Positions 9,400 through 19,289 are shown, counted from the first letter of the stretch. The stretch is 64,000 nt of DNA from Nitrosopumilaceae archaeon (GCA_965214835.1 CBDCCK010000002.1:3145352-3209351); one strand, 5' to 3'. Numbers and translations are program-made. The notes: a model not told the origin generated them from the sequence alone.

Positions 9400-10638
9400 A
9401 TGGCCGATGCAGACTTTAAGGTTTACAACGCCCGCGTAACCTTCCGCAATGTCCCGATCCACAAGCTGTCAAAGTACCAGTTCAAGGACGTAGACGAGGT
9501 CGCATCCGAGTTCAAAAAGCTTGCAGACGTATCTGAGTGCCTGATAATCCAGACTGCAAGCAGGGTCGAGATCTTTGTCGTGACGAACCTAGGCGTCAAG
9601 GAGGGGGATCTGCTGACAATCGCAAGGATCAAGGAGATCTGGACCGGAAGGTCAGACGTGGACGAGTGGGAGGCCGATCACTTTGATCAGACGATGGAGG
9701 TATACGTAAACAGGGACGTCTATGAGAACCTGCTAAAGCTGGCGCTGGGCCTGCAGTCGGTGACCGTGGGAAAGATCGGAATCCTGGAGGAGATCAAGGC
9801 AGCAGCTGCCAAGGCAAAGGAGACGGGGGACTCTGGCAGGGTTCTCAACAAGCTGTTTGACACGGTGATCAGGGTCTCCGGCAAGATCCGGGCAGAGACT
9901 GGCATGAGTCCGAACTGGAAGTCGATGGGGGACATTGCAGTAAAGCTGGCAGACGAGAACGCGGGAATCGACGGCAAGAAGAAGATCCTGATCCTGGGTA
10001 CAGGCGAGGTTGCCGCCAGGGTGGCAAAGAGCCTCAACCGCAAGGACATAGGATTCAGCGTCGCAAGCATGCAGATCGAGAGGGCCCAGGGCTTCTCCGA
10101 GCTGCTCAGGGGCGAGCCCGTTGACTTTAAGGATGTAGTTGCCAACTTTGACAGGTATGACATTGTCTTTGTCGCGACCACCGCGGATTATTTCATCTTG
10201 CAGCACAGCCAGATCAGGAGACAGATGGAGTCAAAAAAGACAGGTACGATGATTCTGGACATCTCGGATCCAAGGGCGGTAAGCGAGGACGTCTCGATGA
10301 GCCCGGGGGTAAAGCTGATGTTCAGGGATCAGGTAGAGGAGCAGTACATGGAGGTTCAAAACGAGGTCCGCTCAAAGATGCCCGCAGTCGAAAAGGCAAT
10401 CGTAAAGGAGGTGCCGATACTGGAGGCATCGATGAACAGGGTACACGCAGATGCAAAGGGCGTAGACGTGTTTGCCAAGGTGGATCAGCTAAGGGAGAAG
10501 GAGCTCAAAAAGGCGCTAGAGCAGCTAGGCGATCTGGATGATGGCAAGAGGAAGGTCATCGAGGAGCTGACAAAGTCAGTTGTTGAAAACATCGTCGCGG
10601 TTCCCAGCAAGGCAAAAAAGGCCGAGGAAGAATCATAA
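9400..10638 (+). CDS. Glutamyl-tRNA reductase-like protein lacking the catalytic Cys
   Basis: HemA architecture (IQTASRVEI, LALGLQSVTVG, ILGTGEVA, DISDPRAV, dimerisation helix), but TCNR is replaced by TASR. Confidence 0.85.
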   Translation: MADADFKVYNARVTFRNVPIHKLSKYQFKDVDEVASEFKKLADVSECLIIQTASRVEIFVVTNLGVKEGDLLTIARIKEIWTGRSDVDEWEADHFDQTMEVYVNRDVYENLLKLALGLQSVTVGKIGILEEIKAAAAKAKETGDSGRVLNKLFDTVIRVSGKIRAETGMSPNWKSMGDIAVKLADENAGIDGKKKILILGTGEVAARVAKSLNRKDIGFSVASMQIERAQGFSELLRGEPVDFKDVVANFDRYDIVFVATTADYFILQHSQIRRQMESKKTGTMILDISDPRAVSEDVSMSPGVKLMFRDQVEEQYMEVQNEVRSKMPAVEKAIVKEVPILEASMNRVHADAKGVDVFAKVDQLREKELKKALEQLGDLDDGKRKVIEELTKSVVENIVAVPSKAKKAEEES

Positions 10639-10694
10639 TAGGAATTTCCCAAAGACATGCTGGCAAAAAACTGCACGAGGCCGCCTTGCCTTGG

Positions 10695-10789
10695 CATAGT
10701 GCGCACATCAAAAAAAACGGATCACGTCTTTGACATGCCGTGCCTGTTTCGATAAAAAAAATATCCGGTTTTCAGCTGCACGCACCATA
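10695..10789. mobile_element. MITE family E
   Basis: Near-identical direct copy of 11328..11422. Confidence 0.8.
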
Positions 10790-10851
10790 GGCTCCCCATA
10801 CTGTGCGGCAGATTCGGGGATGATCTCGGTATGAAGTTTTGACATGTAATG

Positions 10852-11119
10852 TCAGTCCCCGCAGTAGGCTGACTTATCGCACACCCTTAGAAACTCTATC
10901 GTGTCAGTGCTCCAGTCAGCATTGTATGTTATTCTGTATTTGCTTCCAACATCGTACGCAAGTACTCTTTTGCTCTGTTTGTATCTGCCCAGATGCACCG
11001 GGTTTTCAGGCTCCCTTAATTCCTGTATGGCATGGCTTGCCCTTTTTCTGATTTGAGGATCAGGATTTTTGTACTGTCTGAGAAACTTTGTCTTTCTTGC
11101 AGCGTCAAGTGCTGCTCAA
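10852..11119 (-). pseudogene. RelE/ParE-like toxin, frameshifted just after the start
   Basis: AARKTKFLRQYKNPDPQIRKRASHAIQELREPENPVHLG...YDVGSKYRITYNADWSTDTIEFLRVCDKSAY. The TTG start overlaps the antitoxin stop but is out of frame (268 bp). Confidence 0.65.
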
Positions 11120-11250
11120 GTCTCTTCCTTGAGTTCTTTCATGAATTCATCAAATGACAGTGTTTTTTTGCCTTTGTCATCTGCGTAAAACTCGTCAATA
11201 TCTCTGACCTCCTCCGGGGTTAGATCATCAATAGGCCCTGTTTCTGACAC
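11116..11250 (-). CDS. 44-aa acidic putative antitoxin
   Basis: GGAGG then GTG; MSETGPIDDLTPEEVRDIDEFYADDKGKKTLSFDEFMKELKEET*, directly upstream of the RelE-like gene. Confidence 0.65.
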   Translation of the reverse strand: MSETGPIDDLTPEEVRDIDEFYADDKGKKTLSFDEFMKELKEET

Positions 11251-11327
11251 ATGGCCTCCTCCATCCTGTTCCTAAAAAGGATTGTCGTGAGATCAGCTAG
11301 GCGAAGAGTGCCCCGGATTTGACGTCA

Positions 11328-11422
11328 TGTAGTGCGCGCATCAAAAAAAACGGATCACATCTTTGACATACCGTGCCTGTTTCGATAAAAAAAATATCCG
11401 GTTTTCAACTGCACGCACTACA
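11328..11422. mobile_element. MITE family E (95 bp, TG...CA ends, IS3-like)
   Basis: TIR TGTAGTGCG / CGCACTACA with a 4-bp TSD GTCA. Confidence 0.85.
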
Positions 11423-11532
11423 GTCATGCACGAATTTGCAGCTGTGGCTTTCATGCCTGCCCATCAATGGGACATGGCATCATGTAAAAAATCCAGCTTG
11501 ATGTTTATATTGGGATAGCTTTCACTAGAATC

Positions 11533-11697
11533 GTGCCCAAACTGCGCTGTGCTGACTACGGATTCGAATGTGAGTTTGAATCAGACGGTGAGACTCAGAA
11601 GGTCATCGAGGAGTTTGGAAGGCACACCGAGGAGGAGCACGGCATAGAATACTCGACAGAGGTCCTGATGCAGTTCATCCTGAGAAAACAGGGTTAG
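11533..11697 (+). CDS. DUF1059-like small metal-binding protein
   Basis: MPKLRCADYGFECEFESDGETQKVIEEFGRHTEEEHGIEY... has C-x6-C...H-x4-HG. Not in ORF track. Confidence 0.75.
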   Translation: MPKLRCADYGFECEFESDGETQKVIEEFGRHTEEEHGIEYSTEVLMQFILRKQG

Positions 11698-11730
11698 AAT
11701 GGACTTCATATGGTCCCAGAGGACTGAACC

Positions 11731-12576
11731 CTAGCCGTATGACTCGTACTTTATGGCATAGCTGCCGTCGGGCTTTTTGTCATGCAGGGTGACGAATCCC
11801 TTGTCCCTTACGTGATCGATTACGCCGTCAATCGTGCCTTGGTATCCGCAGATGTAGATCATGGTATTCTCCGGGGTGATCTCCTCGCCGACGAGCTCCT
11901 CCAGTGCAGAGGGCTTGCCCCTTCCCTTTGGCTTGAAGAAGGACTCTACCCTCCCCGTATGCCCGGTCCAGGAGCGGTTGAACCACTCCTTTGGCCTGCT
12001 GATTGCGGCGCGATACACAAAGTTCCACCTGTCGGCGCCCTCCTTTTTGCTGAGGTTCTCCAGGTCGGTAAATTCTTCTTTGTAGCTTAGCTCATCTACA
12101 TAGCTTGCGCCGTGAAGCACGATAATCTCCCTCGTATCCCCTGTCTCCCTCAGGTGCTTTGCAAAGGCGACAAACGGAGCGATTCCGGTGCCGCCGCCGA
12201 CACAGACAATCCGCCGCCTGTCCGGCTTTCCGCTTGGCAGTGCATCATCAATTGTCAGCGCGTTGCCGGTCGGCATTCCGATTCCAATCTTGTCACCCTC
12301 GCTTGCATAAAACAGCATGGTTGTAACGCGGCCGGGAAGCGGCTTTCTCACCCACCTGATTACGAACTCAAAGTACTTTCTGTTTTCTGGGTGCGACGCT
12401 ATCGAGTAGGCGCGCCTGACTATTTTATATCCCTCGGCAACGACGGGCAGAGCCAGTGTCAGAAACTGGCCGGTGATGTATTGGGGCATTCCGGCATCTG
12501 GAACGATCCTTATAATCATCAGATCCTCCCTGAGAATTCTGATGTGGGTGATTGTCGCCGGATAGTCCTTTGCCAT
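11731..12576 (-). CDS. Ferredoxin-NADP+ reductase-like FAD/NAD(P)-binding oxidoreductase
   Basis: GQFLTL, RRAYSIAS, GGGTGIAPF, YICG and a terminal ESYG. Confidence 0.9.
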   Translation of the reverse strand: MAKDYPATITHIRILREDLMIIRIVPDAGMPQYITGQFLTLALPVVAEGYKIVRRAYSIASHPENRKYFEFVIRWVRKPLPGRVTTMLFYASEGDKIGIGMPTGNALTIDDALPSGKPDRRRIVCVGGGTGIAPFVAFAKHLRETGDTREIIVLHGASYVDELSYKEEFTDLENLSKKEGADRWNFVYRAAISRPKEWFNRSWTGHTGRVESFFKPKGRGKPSALEELVGEEITPENTMIYICGYQGTIDGVIDHVRDKGFVTLHDKKPDGSYAIKYESYG

Positions 12577-12649
12577 AATACAGAGGTTCGTGCAACTTTG
12601 GTTAAATAGATTTCTGCTGGCCTTGATCGCAAAGAAAGAGAAAAGTGGG

Positions 12650-13072
12650 TTATTTTACGATCAGTACCGGTATGTTGGACTTGTGCATTACCTGGTTGGA
12701 TACGCTTCCAAGGAACTTTTCCTTGGCGCCGCTCAGGCCCCTGGCACCCACTACTATCATGTCGAACCCCCCTTTCTCAGCTGCGCTTACTATCTGGTCC
12801 GCAGTATGTCCGCCTCCCGTGGCATACCGGAACTTTGCGCCGGCACGCTCACACTTTTGCATTGCGGGGCCCACTGCATGTGCGGCCTTGTCCTGCGCCT
12901 GGTCTTTCATTGTCTGAGTGTATTTTATTCCAGCCAGCTTGGGTAGGTGGAAGACATAGTAGGCGGTAATTTCGGCGTCGCTTGCCTTTGCAATCGAGAT
13001 TGCACGATCCAGTCCCCGCATGGAATTCGGAGAGCCGTCAACAGGTACTAGGATTTTTTCGAATTTTCCCAT
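12650..13072 (-). CDS. Universal stress protein
   Basis: KILVPVDGS, DMIVVGARG and LGSVSNQVMHKSNIPVLIVK. Start taken at MGKFEK. Confidence 0.92.
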   Translation of the reverse strand: MGKFEKILVPVDGSPNSMRGLDRAISIAKASDAEITAYYVFHLPKLAGIKYTQTMKDQAQDKAAHAVGPAMQKCERAGAKFRYATGGGHTADQIVSAAEKGGFDMIVVGARGLSGAKEKFLGSVSNQVMHKSNIPVLIVK

Positions 13073-13272
13073 AAACGGCCAAGCGCATCGCAGTATAAAA
13101 ATGATAATCACGGCAGCTGGGCAATCGGTCAGGCTAAGCACAAGGCCAATTTTTGATCACCACTCGATCTATATGCACTCAAACCACACCTAGATTCATT
13201 TCCAGATTGAGGGCAAAATACTGCGCGACGAGCCGGCCCGCGTCATGGCCGAGTTGGGCAGAAGGGATGAGA

Positions 13273-13347
13273 GTACGAGGTCACCTACCCCCACCAGTCA
13301 GGCACGAATTAAATGCATGATTGCGATTTTCGTGCCTAGCTAGCAAC
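13273..13347. mobile_element. MITE family D, truncated
   Basis: Starts GTACGAGGTCACCTACCCCC like the 37927 copy and is cut off by the IS remnant. Confidence 0.75.
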
Positions 13348-13745
13348 CGCAAGCAGATCAGCAGGGTCCGCGTCAGGGTGGAGCACCACATAGGGCGGCT
13401 CAAGAAGTACGACATCCTGACCATGCCGTTTGGCGGAACCGCCAGGGATCTCAATTATTTCATGCAGGTAATTACGGGTCTTGAGAACCTCAAGGCGATA
13501 CTGAAAAAGAAAGGGTGCTACGGCCACCTGCTTGAGATATAGCGTACGGTGGCACGAGCCGCCTTTCTTATGACTTGACAACAGGGCACATCACCGTGCT
13601 GCAAGGCCGCGCACATCCTTTTGACATGAACCGATTTTTGTGCGCGTCATGACATGTCCGCATGCGGTAGCTTGATCTGATCGATACATCCACGCCCGGA
13701 AAACCCCGCGGAGTTTTTAATCCCGGTCGATTACGCATAAGGTCT
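13346..13745 (+). pseudogene. 3' remnant of an IS5-family (ISL2/PIF-Harbinger-like) element
   Basis: RKQISRVRVRVEHHIGRLKKY... is nearly identical to the C-terminus of 61021..62199. It ends in the TIR CGATTACGCATAAGGTCT. Confidence 0.85.
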
Positions 13746-13813
13746 AATCGGTTCAGATCCGGGATTATTACGAACAAATTCGCCTCATTCAGGTCGATTA
13801 CGCATAAGGTCTA
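13746..13813. mobile_element. MITE family C, left TIR interrupted by the IS
   Basis: Matches 16808..16889 from AATCG.TTCAGATC to ...GCATAAGGTCTA. Confidence 0.8.
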
Positions 13814-14031
13814 GTAGCTACTGCGGTATTGTCACATTCCGTCCTGTCTATCCACAGATCCGGCGAATCCAGCTGGTACTCTATGCCTTCGATGGGGGTA
13901 GGACGGCTGGTCTGCTGCAACACATGGCAGCGTGGATCGGCACAGTCAAAGATTCCAAATGCGTCCTGGCCATATGCAACAATACACAGTGCAAAGACTG
14001 CAAAAAACAAAACGGGAAGCTTGGTCATCAT
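13798..14031 (-). pseudogene. Secreted protein truncated by MITE insertion
   Basis: Signal peptide (LPVLFFAVFALCIVAYG); the stop codon is supplied by the MITE C TIR. Confidence 0.6.
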
Positions 14032-15032
14032 TTTACCAACAAGCTGTTAAAGACGGGCAGCAGCTCATCAAGCGTGTGATAACGTGAATTTACGCTCATC
14101 AATGTATGTTCATCATGATGGAAGATAATGAAGGCACGATAGTGATTCAGAGCATTTCCGCCCTCAAATGCAGCTACCGTTTTCCCGTCACGCGTCATCT
14201 CCCTAAAACCCTCCCCGTAGTTGCCGTACTGGGAACCAAAAACTTCTTTGATATGTTCTATCGTATCTTCAATCTCGTCAAGAGGAACAACCTTATACTC
14301 GGCCCAAACCACAAATCCCTCGGAGTGCTTCAATTCGTAGTTAGTCACGTTTTCATTTAATACAAAGGTAGTCGGAACAAACTGTATCTTCAGGCTGCAG
14401 TTGCCTGAAGGGTAACAGGTATTGTCTGCATACAGCAGTCGCTGTCCGTCGGGAATGTATGTGGGCATCCAGTCCTCAATGTGGAACCCTGCTCCGGGGG
14501 TTATGGAGTATTTTTCATGCTGCGTTGCAGGCAGTCTTATCAGGTTGTCGGGGCCGACATCGTTGGGGGTTATGTCGCTGTCCATGATCGTTTCATAGTA
14601 GGGCCACGGGGGAGGGTATCTTGCAAGTGCGGGTCTTTTGATCTCCCGCCCGTCATCGACAAACTCCACGGGAGACGAGGCACTCAGCACCACAAAGCCG
14701 TCGACTTCTCCGGCATCGGGGCCGTCGATGCTGCTGTCGCCTCCGGCTGCTGCCTCCTCCGGCTGCTGCCGGTCATGGCGTTCTGCTGCCTGTGCTACCG
14801 GCACCCATCCCTTTTGCAGCAGTTTTTGCACCGAGCCCTCGCTGATGCAGGCAGGCGTTCCACGCGTGGTCTCCATCAACGTCTTTGAATCCCGGCACTG
14901 TATCTCGTGTATCGGCACCCCAGCCTCATGCTGTGCCATCGGAGACGGCACCTCTGCCGTTGCACCGAGCGACAGCATGCCCGCGCCTGCGACAAGGAGC
15001 AGTGCAAGAGCGACCGCTACCGCATTCATCAC
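14028..15032 (-). CDS. Secreted hypothetical protein with an N-terminal PxxQ-GV-C...C module
   Basis: Signal peptide followed by PSPMAQHEAGVPIHEIQCRDSKTLMETTRGTPACIS...KGW. Confidence 0.8.
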   Translation of the reverse strand: MMNAVAVALALLLVAGAGMLSLGATAEVPSPMAQHEAGVPIHEIQCRDSKTLMETTRGTPACISEGSVQKLLQKGWVPVAQAAERHDRQQPEEAAAGGDSSIDGPDAGEVDGFVVLSASSPVEFVDDGREIKRPALARYPPPWPYYETIMDSDITPNDVGPDNLIRLPATQHEKYSITPGAGFHIEDWMPTYIPDGQRLLYADNTCYPSGNCSLKIQFVPTTFVLNENVTNYELKHSEGFVVWAEYKVVPLDEIEDTIEHIKEVFGSQYGNYGEGFREMTRDGKTVAAFEGGNALNHYRAFIIFHHDEHTLMSVNSRYHTLDELLPVFNSLLVK

Positions 15033-15289
15033 CTTTCCTCAATACTGAAATATTTAAGTGATCCAGAGAGTTGGTTCGAAATTAGCAGATTCTGATTATT
15101 TGTGAAGGAGTATGCATGAAACAGCTCCAAACATCAACAAAATGCAGATTATCTGTGAAATTACTTGAAAAATTCATACGATTTCTAATTTCAGCTCACC
15201 TCTCTGCGTACTCCACGTTTTCCTAGTCATATCTGTGATTCGACCTCCAAGCTAAAAAAGTGTGCATTGCAGATCGTTCCTTCTTTTTT

Positions 15290-16157
15290 GGGATCCGCAC
15301 CAGCAGGATGCGACCACGTCCACATGGACGAGACGGGGATGCCGTGCAACGGCAGGAGCGGCCATATGTGGGTGACAGTGGGCGTCAAGGACGGCGCGCA
15401 CATGGTGGCGACTGACAGCAGGAGGGCATCCGTACTCAACGAGCACTTTTCATACGTGCCCAGGGTCGGGGTGACCGACGGATACCCCAGGTACGAAAAG
15501 TTCTTCGGCAGGAACCGGCAGCGGTGCTGGGCCCACATTGTCCGGGTGGCAGGCGCCCAGGGTGAAAAATCGGACTCCCCGGAGGTCTGCGACGCAGGCA
15601 GGCGCCTCAGGGAGCAGTTGCACCACGCCAAGGGACTGGGCCGCCGGAGGGAGCCCGGCAGCGCAACAGGCTGGTGGCAGGGACGCGCGAGCTGGCCGCC
15701 GCATACAGGAAGGAAGGATGCGGCAGCTATGCCACAAAGCTTGACAACGCCTCGGAGTTTCTCTACACGTTCACACTGCATTCTGGGATGGATCCCACCA
15801 ACAACCTAGCCGAGCGCACGTTGAGGCCCGGCGTGATCGCGCGCAAGATACGGTTCGGACTGCGGGCGGGCAGAAGATGTTCGGCAACATATCGACGTGC
15901 ATCGTGACATGGCGCCTCCGGGGGTACAACGTGGCGGACATGATCATGGACGCGCTGGTTGTCTTGGCAGATGAGATTCGGGCCGGACTGAAAAGGTACA
16001 ACGTGGCGGACATGATCATGGACGCGCTGGCCAAAAACCCCGGATACGCGGTCATCTGCCCCTAGCAATCATGTACGGATCTGCATGCAGGTGTGATTTT
16101 CATGCCTAGACGGCGGGGGGTCGTGACTTCAACTCTAGGCAGGGGCTATCCTGTTAC
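15290..16157 (+). pseudogene. IS66-family transposase remnant with right TIR
   Basis: HMDETG, TDGYPRY, QRCWAHIVR and PTNNLAERTLRPGVIARKI are spread over frameshifts, with a 36-bp internal duplication. It ends TAGGCAGGGGCTATCCTGTTAC. Confidence 0.9.
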
Positions 16158-16202
16158 GATCTCCTCTGGGGTCAGGTCGTCGACCTGCTCTGTCTTGGGC
16201 AT
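16158..16202 (-). pseudogene. Truncated paralogue of the 44-aa antitoxin
   Basis: MPKTEQVDDLTPEEI versus MSETGPIDDLTPEEV; cut at the IS66 end. Confidence 0.5.
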
Positions 16203-16445
16203 GTCCTATGTTGCAGTCTTCCTGCTTTTAAGGATGGCTGATCCGCTCAGTCTTCCCAAATGGAACCCGGCTCACGGCGGTGCAGGCGGCAGCGTGCGGC
16301 GGATCTGCATACAACATAATCTGAATTGCGTCAAACTTGGAGTCGCTTTACATGGAACTTTTGGAAAGGCTGTTTAGATCCTGTGTCCGTCTCCGGCTGA
16401 TTTCTCCGTGTTGGTTGCCGGCCGATCTCACAGATTCATCAAGTC

Positions 16446-16715
16446 TTATTGTCTGATCCCTGATTTGTAAATTAAGAATGCGCCTATTCCGATTATCACA
16501 TATAGTGCTAAGGATAACCCCGTATTGTGAAGACACCAGTCTAACTCTGCCAATGACCCTCCAAATACCTCAAGAAAATGATCTGAGCGTAAATGACATT
16601 GAATGGCAAACTCATGAACTGTTTGAAATCTGCCCGGATTGTACGGTTGAAGAGAAAATATAATTCCAGCTATCATAGATCCTGCCCCTACAAAAAACAA
16701 TTTTTTACGCTTCAT
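16446..16715 (-). CDS. Small membrane protein (AT-rich)
   Basis: MKRKKLFFVGAGSMIAGIIF...LALYVIIGIGAFLIYK has two TM segments. Confidence 0.6.
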   Translation of the reverse strand: MKRKKLFFVGAGSMIAGIIFSLQPYNPGRFQTVHEFAIQCHLRSDHFLEVFGGSLAELDWCLHNTGLSLALYVIIGIGAFLIYKSGIRQ

Positions 16716-16807
16716 ATCAAAATAAAAAAAGATTATGTAATATTCGTTACCGAATATTGAATTGAGTAGTGCCAAGAATCTTCTGGATTATCATAATCTT
16801 GGCCTGT

Positions 16808-16889
16808 TAGACTTTATGCGTAATCGATTCAGATCTAGGATTGTTACGAACAAATTTGCCTTATTCAGGTCGATTACGCATAAAGTCTA
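16808..16889. mobile_element. MITE family C (82 bp)
   Basis: Perfect TIR TAGACTTTATGCGTAATCGA / TCGATTACGCATAAAGTCTA, the same as the IS at 60817..62301. Confidence 0.9.
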
Positions 16890-16962
16890 ATATGATAAAG
16901 GGCAGCTATGTGTGCGGTTCAAGTCCTGCATGGTTCGTGTGATTGTCGACACAAGAGTGTTT

Positions 16963-17045
16963 TATAGCAACGAGCAGAAATAATTGAGGTTTTTTACGTG
17001 TAGTTATGACCTACTTTGACTCAAAGACTTCTGCCCGTTGCTATA
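16963..17045. mobile_element. MITE family A, second copy
   Basis: One mismatch to 3523..3605. Confidence 0.85.
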
Positions 17046-17507
17046 ATTGGCTGGCGTCATGAACTGTTACATGATATCCTAGATCATCGGATTCCAGTTC
17101 TTGATACCTTGCATCTTGTTCACAGCCAATGTTGTTTCCACTCTTGCAGTCAGCGACGGTCACATGTAACAATTTTCCATATACGGCAACAACAATTCTC
17201 GCAATCGGCCTTTTGATGAATGTTCCTCATCTCCATACTTTGGATAAATCACGCTTTCCAAATGATCCATAAAGTCCCTCCGTGTTTCTACTTTGGGGCC
17301 TAGAGCTCGTTGCTGACAGCACTTTTCACCACGGTTTAATTCTAGGGGTGTTTTATAATAGATGCCAGCACTCGCCCTCAAATGCAGCAGCTGCCCGAAG
17401 CAGGCAGTCCCCCCGAAGACGCACCAGTACGAAAATCCGCCAAATCATGGGTGATTTGCCACCAAGATTCAAAAAAACTGATAAACCCATGGTTAGGATT
17501 TCAGTTG

Positions 17508-17858
17508 TTGACGGAATTTATCCACGAGCCCTACTCCAGGGTTCATGTAAGGGATGTGATCAAGCTTACACTAGATGATCTCATCACCATGATGTCGACC
17601 CTGGAGTCAGGTACCGCATACTGGGCAGACGGCGTTCTTTTTGCCAGTTTTGCAATGACTGACTCGGAGGAGCTTGCAAAAAAGGAGATTGGCGGGGAGA
17701 CCTACGTAGATAAGATCATATTTACAAGGCACGAAAGGTTCTCAAAGACGATAAAGTCGTCTACAAACCTGGAGATCGGCGTTCTCAACGTACAAAAAAG
17801 CGGCCTGTACAGGGATCTTATCGCATGGCTAAAGCTGCAGCCGATATGGAATCAATAG
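17508..17858 (+). CDS. Hypothetical protein
   Basis: Likely TTG start (LTEFIHEPYSRVHVRDVIK); globular sequence. Confidence 0.7.
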   Translation: MTEFIHEPYSRVHVRDVIKLTLDDLITMMSTLESGTAYWADGVLFASFAMTDSEELAKKEIGGETYVDKIIFTRHERFSKTIKSSTNLEIGVLNVQKSGLYRDLIAWLKLQPIWNQ

Positions 17859-17948
17859 TGCAAGGCCGCCGCCCCGACCAGCAGTCGTGAATCTACATGC
17901 GGCCGTGATTTTCATGCCTGGCCAGCAGGGGAGGTGGCCCCATGCGCC
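17859..17948. mobile_element. MITE family D, degenerate
   Basis: Shares the core gtgattttcatgcctggccagcagggga.gtggcc with the other D copies. Confidence 0.5.
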
Positions 17949-17992
17949 CAACAGCCAAAAATCCTTTTAGATTAGAAGGATGTTGACATCCT

Positions 17993-18391
17993 ATGAGCCA
18001 GTCAAAACCAATATCAGAGGTTCTAGTAAAAGACGTAATGTCGACTAGGCTGGTGACGGTTCCAGGCGACACCACCGCACTGCAGGTTGCAAAGATGATG
18101 GAGCACGGAAACATCGGCGCGGTGTTTGTCAAAAAGGGCGATGTCCCGGCCAGCATAATCACGGACAGGGACTATGCTACGCGAATAGCGGTCAACGGCA
18201 GCAGCCTTGATACCGCAGTGGAGGGACTGGCATCCTACCCGCTGATAACGGTGAGGCCCGACGACTCGCTAGTGGCCGCAGCAAAGATAATGAGGGATAA
18301 AAAGATCAGAAAGCTTGCCGTCAGGGATAACGGCCGGATCGTGGGCATCATAACGTCGACAAACATAGTAAACCAGGTATCACAAACCTAG
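17993..18391 (+). CDS. CBS-domain pair protein
   Basis: VKDVMS, IITDRD, KKIRKLAV and IVGIITSTNI. Confidence 0.9.
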   Translation: MSQSKPISEVLVKDVMSTRLVTVPGDTTALQVAKMMEHGNIGAVFVKKGDVPASIITDRDYATRIAVNGSSLDTAVEGLASYPLITVRPDDSLVAAAKIMRDKKIRKLAVRDNGRIVGIITSTNIVNQVSQT

Positions 18392-18442
18392 TCTTTTTGC
18401 ATCCTTGATGCCATGACGAAATTATATTAACAAGAGTGTTCA

Positions 18443-18580
18443 ATGTCATACATGTCAGAAGGCAATCCATCATGTCCATATTGCGACTCGATATTTGACA
18501 CCAAGGAGGATCTCTCAAAGCACATCGACAGGATACACGGGGACTCTGGGGTACTAGAAGGCAGCACAAAGAGGAACTGA
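18443..18580 (+). CDS. 45-aa C2H2 zinc-finger microprotein (not in ORF track)
   Basis: MSYMSEGNPSCPYCDSIFDTKEDLSKHIDRIHGDSGVLEGSTKRN*. Confidence 0.75.
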   Translation: MSYMSEGNPSCPYCDSIFDTKEDLSKHIDRIHGDSGVLEGSTKRN

Positions 18581-18581
18581 G

Positions 18582-18959
18582 TCAGTCGGTATAGAAGGAG
18601 TCTGGAAACTCGGCTCTTCGCCAGTCCATCAGGCGGTTGAAGGTCTGCAAATAGTCCTCGGACTTGGTGGTAATGTGGACGTGTGCATCAAACTCCTCGC
18701 ACCGTCCCTCAAAGATTACGGTGCACTGTCTTTTGAACAGTGGGACGGTTACGCCTATCTTTCGTATTGACTCGAATTTGTAGGAACCCACTTGCAAAAA
18801 GGCCCCAGAAACGGACACGTCACTTGGTTCCCGGTTTTTGTTGTAGGAGGCTATCTCGTCCTGGCGCGCCCGGGTCCATTGGGGGGCATCAGGCGGCCAC
18901 CTGTGTATGTGTGTCTTGTGAGCTACAAAACCAAAGTCAGACCCGGTCAACGGGAACAC
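18582..18959 (-). CDS. Hypothetical protein
   Basis: Clean 125-aa ORF with a globular composition. Confidence 0.7.
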   Translation of the reverse strand: MFPLTGSDFGFVAHKTHIHRWPPDAPQWTRARQDEIASYNKNREPSDVSVSGAFLQVGSYKFESIRKIGVTVPLFKRQCTVIFEGRCEEFDAHVHITTKSEDYLQTFNRLMDWRRAEFPDSFYTD

Positions 18960-18989
18960 GGAGAACTTCCTGCTATAAATTAACTAGGA

Positions 18990-19289
18990 TCAATACCTTG
19001 ATTTCTTGACAGTCGCGGTCCGTTTTTGCGAGATCACCAGGCCTCGCTTGGAGCGGGACTTGGCAACCTTGCCTTCCTTGGAGGCAGGAGTCTTGCCGGA
19101 GCGCCTGGCCGCCCTCTTTGCACCTATGCGAATCTTTTGGCTTTTCCTGCTTGCGTCAATTTGTGCGAGAGTTGGTCTGCGCCTTCTAGAGCCTTTTACC
19201 TGGTGACTTTTTTCATGCATGCTTACTCGATGGAACGTATCCATGGTTCCCCTCCAGGAGAACTTGCATTCCGGGCAGCTCCACCTCAT
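18990..19289 (-). CDS. C2H2-like zinc finger with a basic tail
   Basis: WSCPECKFSW...HEKSH followed by a K/R-rich tail. Confidence 0.55.
   Translation of the reverse strand: MRWSCPECKFSWRGTMDTFHRVSMHEKSHQVKGSRRRRPTLAQIDASRKSQKIRIGAKRAARRSGKTPASKEGKVAKSRSKRGLVISQKRTATVKKSRY

Noticed and set aside
10695-11422. Composite transposon formed by two MITE E copies
   Set aside because: The right copy has its own GTCA TSD and there is no shared outer TSD, so independent insertions are more likely.
17046-17270. Frameshifted minus-strand fragment with ADCKSG (nuclease-like?)
   Set aside because: Too short and degenerate to assign.
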